The notes under the pieces were generated by a model. That model had not been told where the DNA came from. It made no database searches and saw nothing but the letters and a program-made list of their open reading frames with translations. 64,000 bases of DNA from Diplonema japonicum (Eukaryota > Protista > Euglenozoa: Diplonemea): the NCBI GenBank assembly GCA_964019335.1, contig OZ025664.1, positions 1 to 64,000 of the forward strand, in the 5' to 3' direction. The translations under genes were made by a program, and so were the position numbers. Below, one piece after another: positions 10,089 through 21,165 of the stretch; position 1 is the stretch's first letter, and each line of letters begins with the position of its first letter.

Positions 10089-10906
10089 CATCTGCTGATG
10101 GGATGTACGTACAAGTTTGCAAACAATGTGATAAATGAACTCTTGGGATGGACCAAAGGGGGAGGGGGAGGTTGGGAGGTGAAATGCGGGAACCGTGAAC
10201 CCAAAAGGAAAGAACTGGACATTCTTAAGAGAAAAAAAAAGCAAAGGATGCGAGAGAAAGAAGAAGAGAGAACATAGACAGCGGCAAGGTGTCTTTTTCT
10301 TCGGTGAACTTCCATCTTTGCTCAACCTCAATCCCACGTCCGCCTCACACCCTTGTTGTGGAGAAAAAAATACCAAAAAAAATAAGAAGGGGGGTTCAAG
10401 GAAAAAATGAGTACGGTTTTAAAAAGGGCGAAAAAAAAAATCTTCCATTTAACTATTAACGTGAACCAAAATAAAAAAGATTTAAAGAAAAAATGGGGTG
10501 AAAGAAAAGGATGTGAATTCAAAGCTTAATTTCATATTTTTCTATCCTTGTTATTATTTTATTCGTTGCATTCTAAGATAGAACAGTTCCCTGCCACTTC
10601 TGCACATCACCGGACAGCACCTTCTACGGTGCTCTACTCCTCCAGCTTGAGCAAAAAAGGGGGGTGGCAGTTAAGAAACCCGAGGACCACCCTGTGCACC
10701 TGTTTTCAGTTGGACAAAAGGGTTGGAGGGGTAATGATCGAGAAAATGACAGAAGAGGGGGAGGGGCAAAGAAAGGGGAGAAAAAAAAAAAACAGAGGGG
10801 TGTAGAGAAAAAATGATCAATTTCAATAAGAAAGTAAAATAGAAAGAAATATGGAAAAAAAAAGGGGGGGGGAAAGAGAAAAAAAATACGACGCAAAGAA
10901 ACTCAT

Positions 10907-13722
10907 CTACCTGTTCCAATTCTTTCTTACGAACGGGTTGCCATCCTTCTTCTTCTCGACTTCTCTGCTCTTCTGTAGACCCAGACGATGGCTGTTTTTT
11001 TTTTTTTTCTTTCTTTTTTTTTTCAATGGTACATACTTCCTCGTCCCGTGATCCCATCTGCCTCCGCCCCTTCCTCTCTTGTGCATGTACCCGCCAGAGT
11101 ACCCCATCTCCCTGCCGCTCTGGCGTGCCTCCTTCTCCGCCTGCCGCTGCTCGTTGTACTCGACGAGGTGAACGCACTTATCGGCAAGCTGTGTCGAGAG
11201 GAACTGGAGCTTCGTGACACTGTTTTGTTCGACGCAGATGCACTGCTGCGGCTGATCCCACGCGGCAGTGATTTGCTGCCTGAGGATCATCTTAGAGATG
11301 GTGGCGTGCACCTTGCTCTCCTCCAGCCCATACTTCTCCGCAAGCTCACCAAGCTGCACAGTGGCGTAGTACTGCGAGAAGCTGAACAGATAAGTCCTTA
11401 GTCCCACGGTCTTCACGTGCTGGGTGATCATGTCCTTCACCTTGTCAGAGTTGCCGATGAGGTTCCACAGGGGCAGTACCATGATGTGTTGGTTGGCGGT
11501 GGACCAGTCGCCCTTCTGCAGAGCCAGGTAGGCAGCGTAAATGTGCTCTTTTGTCGTCTCCGGGGGACCCAGGAAGACTTGCTGCGAGAAGTTTGCCAAC
11601 AGCTTCGTGAAGGCCTTGGACATAGGCCTCCTCTTGGTGTCGTGCGGGTACTGCGCCCTCGAGGGAACTTCGTACAGCATTGCGGCAATGAGATGGACGC
11701 CGTCCAGCAGCTCGACGTTGATGTGCATGTGCATGGGAATGAGCTTGGCCTTCTCTGCCTTCTGCTCGGACTCAAGCTTGTCTCTGCTCTTCACCAAAGC
11801 CTGAGCAAGATGCTCCTTGGTACGGATAGTGGCGCAGAGCTCGTTGAGAAGCTGTGATGATGCATATATTTATTAATTAAAAACTGTCATACCACAAGGG
11901 TGTCATTGAGGTCACCAGCTCTGAAGGCGGAAAGACCTAGCTGTGCCAGCACCCTGTTGTAAAGAATCATAAGGCGGCTGTTGGTGACGAATTTGGTGTG
12001 GTCTTCCTGATCTTTCATGCTTCGCTCCTCGTATTCGACAGTGCGCTTCGACATGAGCAGCAGGTCACGTGCCTTGGTGTAATTGTCATGGAGGGCAAGG
12101 TGGTAGATGTAGTAGAAGAGTGCCTTGGTCTTCACGTTGTCTTCACGGTCAGGGCAGTACCTGTGAATGTACTTGTGGAGGGCCTTCACAACCTCCTTAA
12201 GGTTGTCGGTAACGAAGAGCTTGGAAGTCTTTTTCACTCTGTGGTCAAGGCTCTTTTCCAGCTGAGCAATCCTGATTTTAGCTGCCACCTCTTCCTGGGA
12301 CGTCTTCTCACCTTCTTCCTCCTCGGTGCCCTCTTCGGCATCCTCGTTCTTCTCCTCATCATCCCCACTCTCACTCTCTTCCTTAGCCTTTTGCTCTTGC
12401 GCTTGGAGAGCAACGTCGAAAGTAAGGGTCCTCTGTTTTTCAAGCATCTTCGCATGGTCGGTATCCCTCCTGTAGTACAGGTGGTCCATCATTTTCAGCG
12501 CCATTGACACTGCAGTCTCGTTCTTCCCCTGTGACTTGTAGTAGAGGAACACCCTCTCGGCAGCGTCCATCAAGTACCCTTCATCCGTAAGCCTGTGGAT
12601 GTAGTCCTGGCTGTGCGGGTCAGTGTACTGCAGTGCCTTGGTGTACTCCTCACCAAGGCGGTCAACTACCTGCTGGAAAGAGAAGATTAGGTAAACCTTC
12701 ACCTTGCCGTCAGGAAGGATATCGCAAGCTGTGTTTTTCTCCCTCTTGGTGCCAGTGTCCTCCTCAACAGCAATCAGGTTGGGGTTGTCCTGCACAACGT
12801 TAAGCATTCGAGTGAGCGTCTGGTAGGCCCCATCCCAGATGTTCTGCGACATGGCGGCACCGTGCTGCGCGTTGTCCAGCTGGCAAGAAAGCAACACACC
12901 CAAGACGTAAAGGGTGAGGTGCTTCCACTGACCAGTGTGGCTCAGGACATGATTCAATTTTGCAATAAGATCCGACGTCTTCGTGGCTTTCTTACCTCTA
13001 TCGGCCTTGATCAGCTCCAGTTTTTTTTCGATCGTCTCCTCAGTCCACTCCTCCTTTTCTTCTTTCTTCTTGTCGTCACCATCCTTCTTCTTCCTGCCCT
13101 CGTCGTCAGAGCCGGAGTCCGACGCATCAGGGTCCCACGTTGTGCTGTCAGAATCCGAGTCAGAGACATAGGTTTCCAGTGATTTTTCGTACTTCACGAA
13201 GAGCTTCTTGGTCTTGTTTCGGATCTTCGAGTAGCTCTTGGCCTGAATCTTGTTCAGCTTGGACTTGATTTGCTTCTCGTCGTTGTCAGCGAAGAAGTCC
13301 TTCAGCTTCTTCAGAGCAGAGATGAAGGGTCGGGGGGAGGCGTTTGCCGGCATCTTAGACACAAGCTTCTCAAGTGCCTCCAAGTCATCAACACAACTCC
13401 CGAAGTCCTTGTTGTTAAGATGGTTGCCCATGAGATCGTTGTGCTTCTCTATGGCTTCGATCATCTTGTCCTTCTTCGAAATTACTTTGTTTTTCTTCCT
13501 GTCATCATCGCTGTCACTGTCGGAACCCTTTCCACTTTTCAACCACGCCTTCAAATTATTGGGCTGGGCTGCCTTGGAGGAGTCAGAGGAATCATTGCTG
13601 GAGGCATCATCGGAGGAAGAAGAGTCAGTGCTGCTGTTTGATGTGCTATCGGTGCTGTCATCGTCGTCACTGTCCGAGTCCGTGTCGGACGCAGTCTTTT
13701 TGAACCACTTGTTATCAGACAT
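10907..13722 (-). CDS. EIF3C: Translation initiation factor eIF3 subunit c (introns 11852-11892 and probably 10992-11036)
   Basis: Acidic N-terminus; motifs DPHSQDYIHRL, ILYNRVLAQLGLSAFR, IPMHMHINVELL, GPPETTKEH; C-terminal PCI domain. The GTATG..CAG intron at 11852-11892 restores the frame. Confidence 0.95.
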
Positions 13723-13819
13723 TTTGGTCTCCTGAAGTGTCTCATATAATGGAAGATAAAAAAAAAACAAAAGTAAAGATGATAAACCAAAGGCAGTCAA
13801 AGAATGTTGATGAATATTT

Positions 13820-16069
13820 TTACCCAACTCTCCTTCTCTTCTCCCCCGGTCCCCCCTGTCTGTCTTGAAGCACTCCTTTGCCCACAGGCTTCGTTGCTGA
13901 CATGCTGCTTGGAGCACGGCGCCACCCAGAAGGCGCGTCTATTGAACCGATAATAAGGTTTGCAATGTGGAGCTGGGTAGGGGGAATACTGGTGATAATG
14001 TAAAGATGAGTTGGTGAGGTGGCAGCAACGTAGGCAAGGCCGATATAAGAAGATGTGGGTGCAATGCGGAGAATGTTCAAGCCATCCTGCGGTGATGGTA
14101 GCGAAGGAGACACAGCCAAGCAGATTATTTTGTGTTTCAGCTTTACAAGGAGAGAAGAGGGAGTGCACGTGTCAGGGATGTGTTCAGACCACTCTGCGCC
14201 ATACTCGAACAACCACATCTTGGATAAGTTCACCTCTACAGGATGCGAAGCGTTTAGAAATGTCCTAACGACTCCGTGCCCTTCCTCAACACCAAACCCG
14301 TCCCAGTAGTTCAACTTCGCGCCCACAACAGCCATTGTTTGAAGAACCTGTCGCGACCACGACCCTTTCGAATGGGTTCTATTTGGCAATTCACTTTGAT
14401 CACAAACCACGACCCCAGGTGTTTTTCGTTCCGCATTACCTTCCGTCACACCCTTTCCAAAGTACTCACTGTAGACTTGCAAAAACCCTCTCTCTGGTTC
14501 AAACAAAGCAAGCACTCTGCTTTCTTGCGTATCGTCCTCTCCTTTGTCGCCTCCGTGGACGTTTCCTAACCCACCAGTAACAACAACAGTATCGGGGAGC
14601 ACCGCTTGTAGGACTTCAGCCGTGCACCTCAGGCCCAAACCCGTGCACCAACCATGCGTGTTCACGATTAAAGGTAGGTCGGGATAATTTTTTTCGTATA
14701 TCTTAAGCATCTGTTTGACTGCGTCAAACCATGCAAACGGGTTCGTCTGAGTTGTAGTCATCCCCAAGAACATCCTATGCCCGTCAACTGCCCGATGCGT
14801 GTAGGCAGGACCCACAAGCAGGCTTGTTACCACTGTCAGCGATACGCACCCAGGAGGAGAAAATTCTGGCTGGCCCAAATCAGTATCTAAGTATACACAC
14901 TTTCCCAGAGAGTTTGCCGTAAACCTGGATAACGTGCTTTTCCCAGAGTTTGACTGTCCCACAATTACAACCCTCTTCGAATTACCGCTAAGGACTCCGT
15001 CCATCCCATTTCCCTTTGGCATCTTCATTAACTCAACGTCACTGCAGTGGTGAAGCCTATTCATGATATTTCCAAGCAGCTGCGGCGTTGGAGTGGGGTG
15101 GTAAGAATGGTGGTATTCCAGTGTAGGCGACCTATTTGCGGCAGTTAAGAGCACGCATGTCGTGCCAGGTTTTTGAGAACTGATCTTTGCAGCTGTTGAG
15201 ATGGCCCACCTGTAATCGTCTTCTGTGGGTTTTGCGGTGAGGAGAACATGATCACCCGACCAGAGTTCTTGGTTCTTGCTTGGAGTAGAGACTGCAGGTG
15301 TGACTGACACGGCATATGTGACTTCCCCGCCCCACACCATAAACCATTCCTTTTCAGTAGCCAATCCATTACACACTTCCACCATTCCTTTAAGCACTTT
15401 ACACCGCACGTTGAACCCACCCAGTCTCAAAATATCTTGTTTTTCCATTGCAACGAGAACCATGTGGGGTTGTCTGGATGGATCAGGCGGCAGGTGGTAG
15501 CGATCTGCAGGAAGCCCACAAATTGACACAATTTCTGGCACAGCCATTTCGACATCTTCGTCACTGGAGCTCCCTTCATCAGATGACTCGAAACCAGCTT
15601 TTTTCTTTGCTTCGACAGAAGGATCATCATCCTTCCCCCCTTTGCTGTCAGTTTCGCTCCCATCCGATGAGAAATCTGATTCTTTTGATTCGGTATCACC
15701 AGTTTCCTGTCGAGGCGGGGAACAAATCTCGTCTTCAGTGCTTTCGTCATGTTTACCATGGATGGTCAGTGTTTCTGTGTTGTTTTTCTTGTTGATTTCA
15801 ACACCCTCGGCTTCACATGTTCTAATTAGGTCATCGATATCCAAAACATCACAAGAGCTCTTAGTTTTTCTAGAACGCAGCTTTTTCGTTCTAACTTGTC
15901 GCATCGGCATTGCTGGTCCCAGCTGCATGGCGAGATCATCTTTATCAGGACCCTCAACTGTGCAGATCCCGCTAACCAGCTCTTTCACATCTCCCATCAC
16001 CCTATTGTCATTCTCGACGATGCATCGTGGTTCCTCCTTTACTGCAAGACGTTTCTTAATCTTTCTCAT
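13820..16069 (-). CDS. NOL9: Polynucleotide 5'-hydroxyl kinase NOL9/Grc3 (Clp1 family)
   Basis: P-loop GQSNSGKST, DTDLGQPEFSPPG, VNTHGWCTGLG. Confidence 0.88.
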   Translation of the reverse strand: MRKIKKRLAVKEEPRCIVENDNRVMGDVKELVSGICTVEGPDKDDLAMQLGPAMPMRQVRTKKLRSRKTKSSCDVLDIDDLIRTCEAEGVEINKKNNTETLTIHGKHDESTEDEICSPPRQETGDTESKESDFSSDGSETDSKGGKDDDPSVEAKKKAGFESSDEGSSSDEDVEMAVPEIVSICGLPADRYHLPPDPSRQPHMVLVAMEKQDILRLGGFNVRCKVLKGMVEVCNGLATEKEWFMVWGGEVTYAVSVTPAVSTPSKNQELWSGDHVLLTAKPTEDDYRWAISTAAKISSQKPGTTCVLLTAANRSPTLEYHHSYHPTPTPQLLGNIMNRLHHCSDVELMKMPKGNGMDGVLSGNSKRVVIVGQSNSGKSTLSRFTANSLGKCVYLDTDLGQPEFSPPGCVSLTVVTSLLVGPAYTHRAVDGHRMFLGMTTTQTNPFAWFDAVKQMLKIYEKNYPDLPLIVNTHGWCTGLGLRCTAEVLQAVLPDTVVVTGGLGNVHGGDKGEDDTQESRVLALFEPERGFLQVYSEYFGKGVTEGNAERKTPGVVVCDQSELPNRTHSKGSWSRQVLQTMAVVGAKLNYWDGFGVEEGHGVVRTFLNASHPVEVNLSKMWLFEYGAEWSEHIPDTCTPSSLLVKLKHKIICLAVSPSLPSPQDGLNILRIAPTSSYIGLAYVAATSPTHLYIITSIPPTQLHIANLIIGSIDAPSGWRRAPSSMSATKPVGKGVLQDRQGGPGEKRRRVG

Positions 16070-16113
16070 GTTTTGCCTTCACCTTTTCTTGATTTTTTTA
16101 GAATTGAAAAAAG

Positions 16114-16185
16114 GGGCTCAGCAGGGAATCGAACCCTGGACCTCTCGCACCCGAAGCGAGAATCATGCCACTAGACCACTGAGCC
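16114..16185 (-). tRNA. tRNA-Pro(CGG)
   Basis: GGCTCAGTGGTCTAGTGGCATGATT-CTCGC-TTCGGGT-GCGAG..GGTTCGATTCC..; T-run terminator. Confidence 0.95.
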
Positions 16186-16247
16186 GTTACCATACGCGGG
16201 GCTCATTGAGAGATATGTCGGGTGTTGACATTACAGACAACGAAAAA

Positions 16248-16321
16248 AGGCACCTGAGGGATTTGAACCCTCGACCTCACGCTTACTAGGCGTGCGCTCT
16301 AACCAACTGAGCTAAGGCGCC
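16248..16321 (-). tRNA. tRNA-Thr(AGT)
   Basis: GGCGCCTTAGCTCAGTTGGTTAGAGCG-CACGC-CTAGTAA-GCGTG..GGTTCAAATCC; T-run terminator. Confidence 0.95.
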
Positions 16322-16572
16322 GATACACGCGGCACGGTGCCTTATCTCAATTGGGTAAACATGCAGCGAATCTTTAAAAACAAGAACGTTATAATAACAC
16401 ATATAAATGGTCAAGGTAATCACACAAAAAAGAGCGATCTTGAAATCTGGAACGGAAATGGAATGCAAAGAATACAAAACAGCTGACTCTATCCGTTGCA
16501 CATGGCAAGTCTTGAAACAAGCTGCAACCACTCAAGCTAAAACTAAATTGAAACTGAAATTTGAAAAAAAAA

Positions 16573-16645
16573 CACCTCCCGCGGGGCTCGAACCCGCGAC
16601 CACAAGGTTAAGGGCCTTGCGCTCTACCGACTGAGCTAGGGAGGC
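16573..16645 (-). tRNA. tRNA-Lys(CTT) with atypical C33, identical to the copy at 5972-6044
   Basis: Same 73-nt cloverleaf; long T terminator. Confidence 0.95.
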
Positions 16646-16730
16646 TTCTGGCTAACGATCGAGCTATTGACTCGAACAATCTTCTTCTACAATTCTTGAT
16701 CGTCCCATGCAATGAAACTGTTCTAGGTGT

Positions 16731-17471
16731 CTAGTACAGATCTTGGTTGAACAAGTCTGAAGGACAACGAACATGGGTTAGGGGCACCTGCATTACATTG
16801 TTTTGCATTTTTTTTTTTCACACCTGCTTCGATCCGCCTGTTGGTGTCATTTCAACATGGCAGCTGTCACCCACTTCCTTCACAATTGCTGGATGCCAAT
16901 CACCTTTCCGATTTCTTACTTCAACTTCTGTTCCAGGAACAAGGACAGGACGGCGTCCGAAAACTCCTTTTTGTATTGGTGTAAGAGGCTCTGTCGAAGG
17001 GGGTGGGGGGGGACGTAGGTGGGAATCGGCCAGGTTTCTAGAGACAGTCCCGTCGTCCCAGAGAACCTCTATTGCTGGTGACAAGCTGCGTATGGTACAG
17101 GGGAACCAAGAGCTGCCCCAACGGGCCTCTACCTTGGTACCAACGCTGAGATCAAAAGTATTGGAAGCATTAACACCCTTTGAGAAAGTCCCATCGCCCC
17201 AGTAAACATCCATCCTAGTTCCGCTCCCTGGGCCAACTTCTACCCTTCCCACAGCCATATACCAGCTGTCGTTAAAATGAGCTAAAATGTCCTTCATCCT
17301 GTGCCCTACTTCTTCCGCCTTCTGCATGTTTGCCGCCCCTTTTGGCTTTAGTGGAAGTGGCTGTCTGTAGACATCCAGATCTCTATTCTTGCCTCGAATG
17401 TCATTTGCTTGCTTGGGTATCTCGTGTTGCTTGCTTTTGACCTGTCCTTCTTTCGTGGCTTGACAGCCCAT
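16731..17471 (-). CDS. Putative dually acylated (MGC) protein with Tudor/Agenet-like repeats (intron 16788-16823)
   Basis: MGCQATK start; repeats VGTKVEARWGSSWFPCTI..IEVLWDDG and PGTEVEVRNRKGDWHPAIV. A 36-nt GTGTG..GCAG intron extends the C-terminus (VPLTHVRCPSDLFNQDLY*). Confidence 0.65.
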
Positions 17472-17718
17472 TTCACGGGCAACCCCACCTTCTACCCTCT
17501 GAGATGTTGTTACAAAAAAAAAAAAAAAAAATGGATGAAAATGAATATTGCACAGGGCAGGGCAGAATAGGGAAAAGAAAGACACTTTAGGACTAAAGCA
17601 ACCCAAAAAGAGGACATTGGAAGGGGAAGGCTAGTTTGTATCCCATAAGACCATTGGCGGCCTATATCAATATTACCCACCGTTTGCGGGATTTGTGTAA
17701 GCACCCTTCCCTTAGACC

Positions 17719-18858
17719 TCACGCTGCTTTTCGTTTATTGCCGCTCTTTGGGCATTCCTGTCCCTTCAGGTTGAACACGGTGTCCTTGACAGCAACCCCA
17801 AGAAGTCCCTGGAGGACCTCGCTGGTGAGGGAGTCAGATGCGTTTGTTGCTTGGCTGAGCAAGGACTCGCTTTGGGTGTTGTTTTTAGATGTTGTTGTGC
17901 TGGTGGATGAAGTCGTACTGGTGGCAGTGATAGACTGTGGTCCCGAAATATCAGCCTCAGCACGTTCAAGTGCCTTGTGCACACTCGATATCTGCCTGTC
18001 GATAAAGAAGCGGTTTGTGGTCAGCGGACTTGACGCCAGTGTAGAAGACCAGAACTTGCCCCATAAAAGCTGTAACGCTTTCTCGTCAGCACTGCACTTA
18101 AAGACCTCGATCGGCAGTTCATAATACCAATGTGCGTACACACCTAGCTCGGCGATCTTTTCATTTGTCGTTGTACCTGATCCAGGTTCCCCGGGCAGCG
18201 CGTCGTCAGACACCTGGTCTTCTGGCAAGGTTCTGAAAGCTTTTATCTCCACCTTCCCCGTGCTTATGGTTCTCACAGGGTCAACGACAACAGCGAGGAA
18301 CGGGTCGGAATACTGTTGGTACCTCCTTTGCGAGGTGCAATCGGTCTTAGACAGGAAGCATTGGTAGCCAGGGTGGGAATGATACCACCCGACCACTGGT
18401 TCACCCTTTCCAGCCTTTTCTGCGAGTTCTTTGTATCTCACAAGGTACTCAGTGGCCTGTTGGGTCAAGTTGCACTCTACTTCGTGAGCCTCAACAGGAA
18501 GTGCAAAGCTGTCCAAAATGACAAGAGTGTTGTCCTTGACATAGCCCTGCATCACGCCCATCACCTCAATCCAGTTCCCGCTGTCCGAACTGATCCTCCC
18601 TGCCTTCCCCTTCCCGGTTTTAGCGTGCATCACAATCTTCACCAGCGCGAGTGCTGACATCTTGACAGAAGTAAAGTAGTGGCTCGTCTTCTTCCAAGGT
18701 GCCTCCTTGTGCTGCTGCTTCATTTGCGCAGCGTCATACTTGTAGTACTCATCGGTGGCCGTCACCTGTAGCTGTTCATGCTGAGTAACTCATACCTTGT
18801 TCTCCAGTTCCCACTGCTTGAGCGCAGTGCTCCCAGTGCTCTCAGGTTTGCTTTCCAT
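17719..18858 (-). CDS. CSN5: COP9 signalosome subunit 5 (JAMM deneddylase; intron 18766-18795)
   Basis: SALALVKIVMHA, EVMGVMQG, JAMM motif WYHSHPGYQCFLSKTD, VVDPVRTISTGKVEIKAFRT; first exon ends ALKQWELENK. Confidence 0.93.
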
Positions 18859-19704
18859 TTTCCCTCTCCTGTCAGTGGTTTGTTTGCACAAAATTTAAGA
18901 CATTCAACCATAATCATTGCACCCTTTCCGCGGCAGGAAATAAAAATAAAAAAAAAAGAAAAAGCCGGAAAAAAATAAACTAAATAAATAAGTTCTCTGA
19001 GAAGAGGAGAAAGTTACCAGTGGTTGTTATTGAAGTTGGGATGAATGGGGATAAAGTATGGAATAAAAAAAAGGAGGGTGAAAAAGAGGCAATGTACACA
19101 GACCCGAAACCCTCTCTGGCAGCACGTACCGCAGACAAATGTACAGGCAGCTCTCTGCTTGACCCAGTCGCCTCGTCGGCTATAGAAACGAAGAAAGGAA
19201 CCAAAACTAAACGCAGGACCCTCGAGCAGGGTATGCACACCCCTCACTGCTCTTACAAGTCCTCTTCTTTCGCCGCAGCTCACCTCACATCTTGTGGAAC
19301 GATGCTGAGAATGGCCTCATTTCCGGTTGTCATGTGGATTTCCCCTTTTTATTTTGTTACATTTTCTCATACTAGCGTGGTTTTGCTACAACACAGACCA
19401 CATTGAAAGATCAGTTTTTTTTTCTGTCTGTAACTAAAACCGTATTTTTTTTGCCCCCCCTTCCTTTTTTCAACCACGAGGACCGAATTCTTAGACTGTT
19501 CGTGGTCAAAATCTTTTTAAAAATAAGCCTTATAAAAAAGCACACATACAAGATCCCCTGGAACACCCCCCCCCCCCCCCCCATATGTTAAGAAAGAACC
19601 CCCAACCGAGTCGGGGGCCTACATTAGAACAAATCATTCGTTTTCATTTACATTTTTCTTTTCTCATTCCCATCTTTTTTTTTTTTGGGGGGAAACACAA
19701 CGTA

Positions 19705-20464
19705 CACGGTAACCAAATAACTTTTTTCCACCGTCGTCGCCTTAAACCTCCAACTTTTTTTCCACCGTCCACGGTAACCACAACTTTTTTTCCACTTTTT
19801 ACTGTAACCACCAACAATTTCCCTTATGCAACCACTAACTTTTTTTCCACCGTCCACGGTAACCTCCGACATTTTTATGCCTCATTGGGGTTTGGTACAA
19901 AATGTAGCGAGGGGGGCAAAACATGATGTCATAGCAAAAGAAAAGGGAAAAGGACCTTTTAAGAGAAATGGGTGACTACCCTGAAGGCTGGGACTACAAC
20001 CGGGACAGCCTTCGAGGAGTGATTGTCGAGTAATGAGGGTTCTTACAAGTTGCCGCATTTATTTTCCCCTTCTCTCTCACTTCGCTTCCTCTTTGCTGGC
20101 CTATCTGTGACTTCGACAGGGGGCTTGAGGTCATCCTTAGCATTTTCACAGGCAGGGGGGCGAGGGGTGGAGAACTACATCAGACGCCAGATGCCTCGGC
20201 TTTGGCATTAGATCGTCCTTGGAAACGCCCTTGCCAACATCCAGGAGAAATTCTTGGTGTCTTTTTCGAGCCCTGGCTGTGCCTACACGTTTTTCCCAAG
20301 TGCACACACCTCCGGAGAGTGGAAAATTTTTACAAAAAACCATTTGAGTGGAAAAAAAGTTGTAGGTTACCGTGAAGAGTGGGAAAAAAGTTGTGGGTTA
20401 CCGTAAACAGTGGTGGAAATTCTGCTTACAGACTTGAGTGGGAAAAAGTTATTTGGTTACCGTG
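19705..20464. mobile_element. Non-autonomous DNA transposon (MITE, Tc1/mariner-like TA duplication) with repeated subterminal motifs
   Basis: TA|cacggtaaccaaataacttttttcca ... gtgggaaaaagttatttggttaccgtg|TA; further cacggtaacc..actttttttccac copies inside both ends; no transposase ORF. Confidence 0.75.
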
Positions 20465-21165
20465 TACGTTGTTTTTCTCTCTTTTTTTTTTTTGCTTTCT
20501 GTTCCCTAAAAAGGAATATTTCTACCCTATGCTCTCTTTTTTTTTTCCCCCTCCCCTTTTCTTTTCTCCGTTCTCTCGATCAAAATGTGATGAATGCCAC
20601 CCCCATTTTTTTTTAATTGTGTAAAAGGGCAGCGTGGTGGTGCAATTTTTATACTAATTGGACCAGCAAAAAAAGACGGGGGGGGGGGGGGGGGGGGATA
20701 CAAACTGCAATCCTTTGAATTGAACTTTTCGTACTTTTTTTCCCCCCCGATTGGTCTCATAAAACCCGTGCGAACAGCTTGATCAGGGTGTGATGAAGCG
20801 AACACAACCCGGCAGTAGAAAATCAGTGGAATAGAGTCAGTATATAGGGGAAAAGGAAGAAGAAGGGTTAGATATTCGTCTCATAAACTGTCTTTCCATT
20901 CTTTTTTTTTTCGTTCTCCCTTCTTACCGCTGTTGCAAACTTAGTCCTTTCAAGAAAGATTTCCGTAATCACCCCCCCTCCCCCCAAAGCATGATGAAGT
21001 GCGGCAAGCACACAAAACGGACTCGGAATTTGTTACTTTTTCAGGGTCCCCTGTATTCCAGGGAAAAAAGAAATAAAGAGGGTTTTCAGCACCCCCCCTT
21101 TTTTTTGGTACACATTCGGAGGGGGGCCGGGCAAAGGGGAAAGGGAAGAAAATGGCACATCTGCA

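Noticed and set aside
13723-13917. NOL9-eIF3c overlap or fusion
   Set aside because: The extension is UTR-like, and splicing from the GT at the NOL9 stop to the upstream CAG gives an out-of-frame product
19200-19333. Small spliced ORF (MTTGNEAILSIVPQDV...)
   Set aside because: Very short, atypical donor, no motif support
19705-20464. CRISPR-like array from the repeated cacggtaacc motif
   Set aside because: Repeats are inverted between the two ends and irregularly spaced; eukaryotic context with no cas genes
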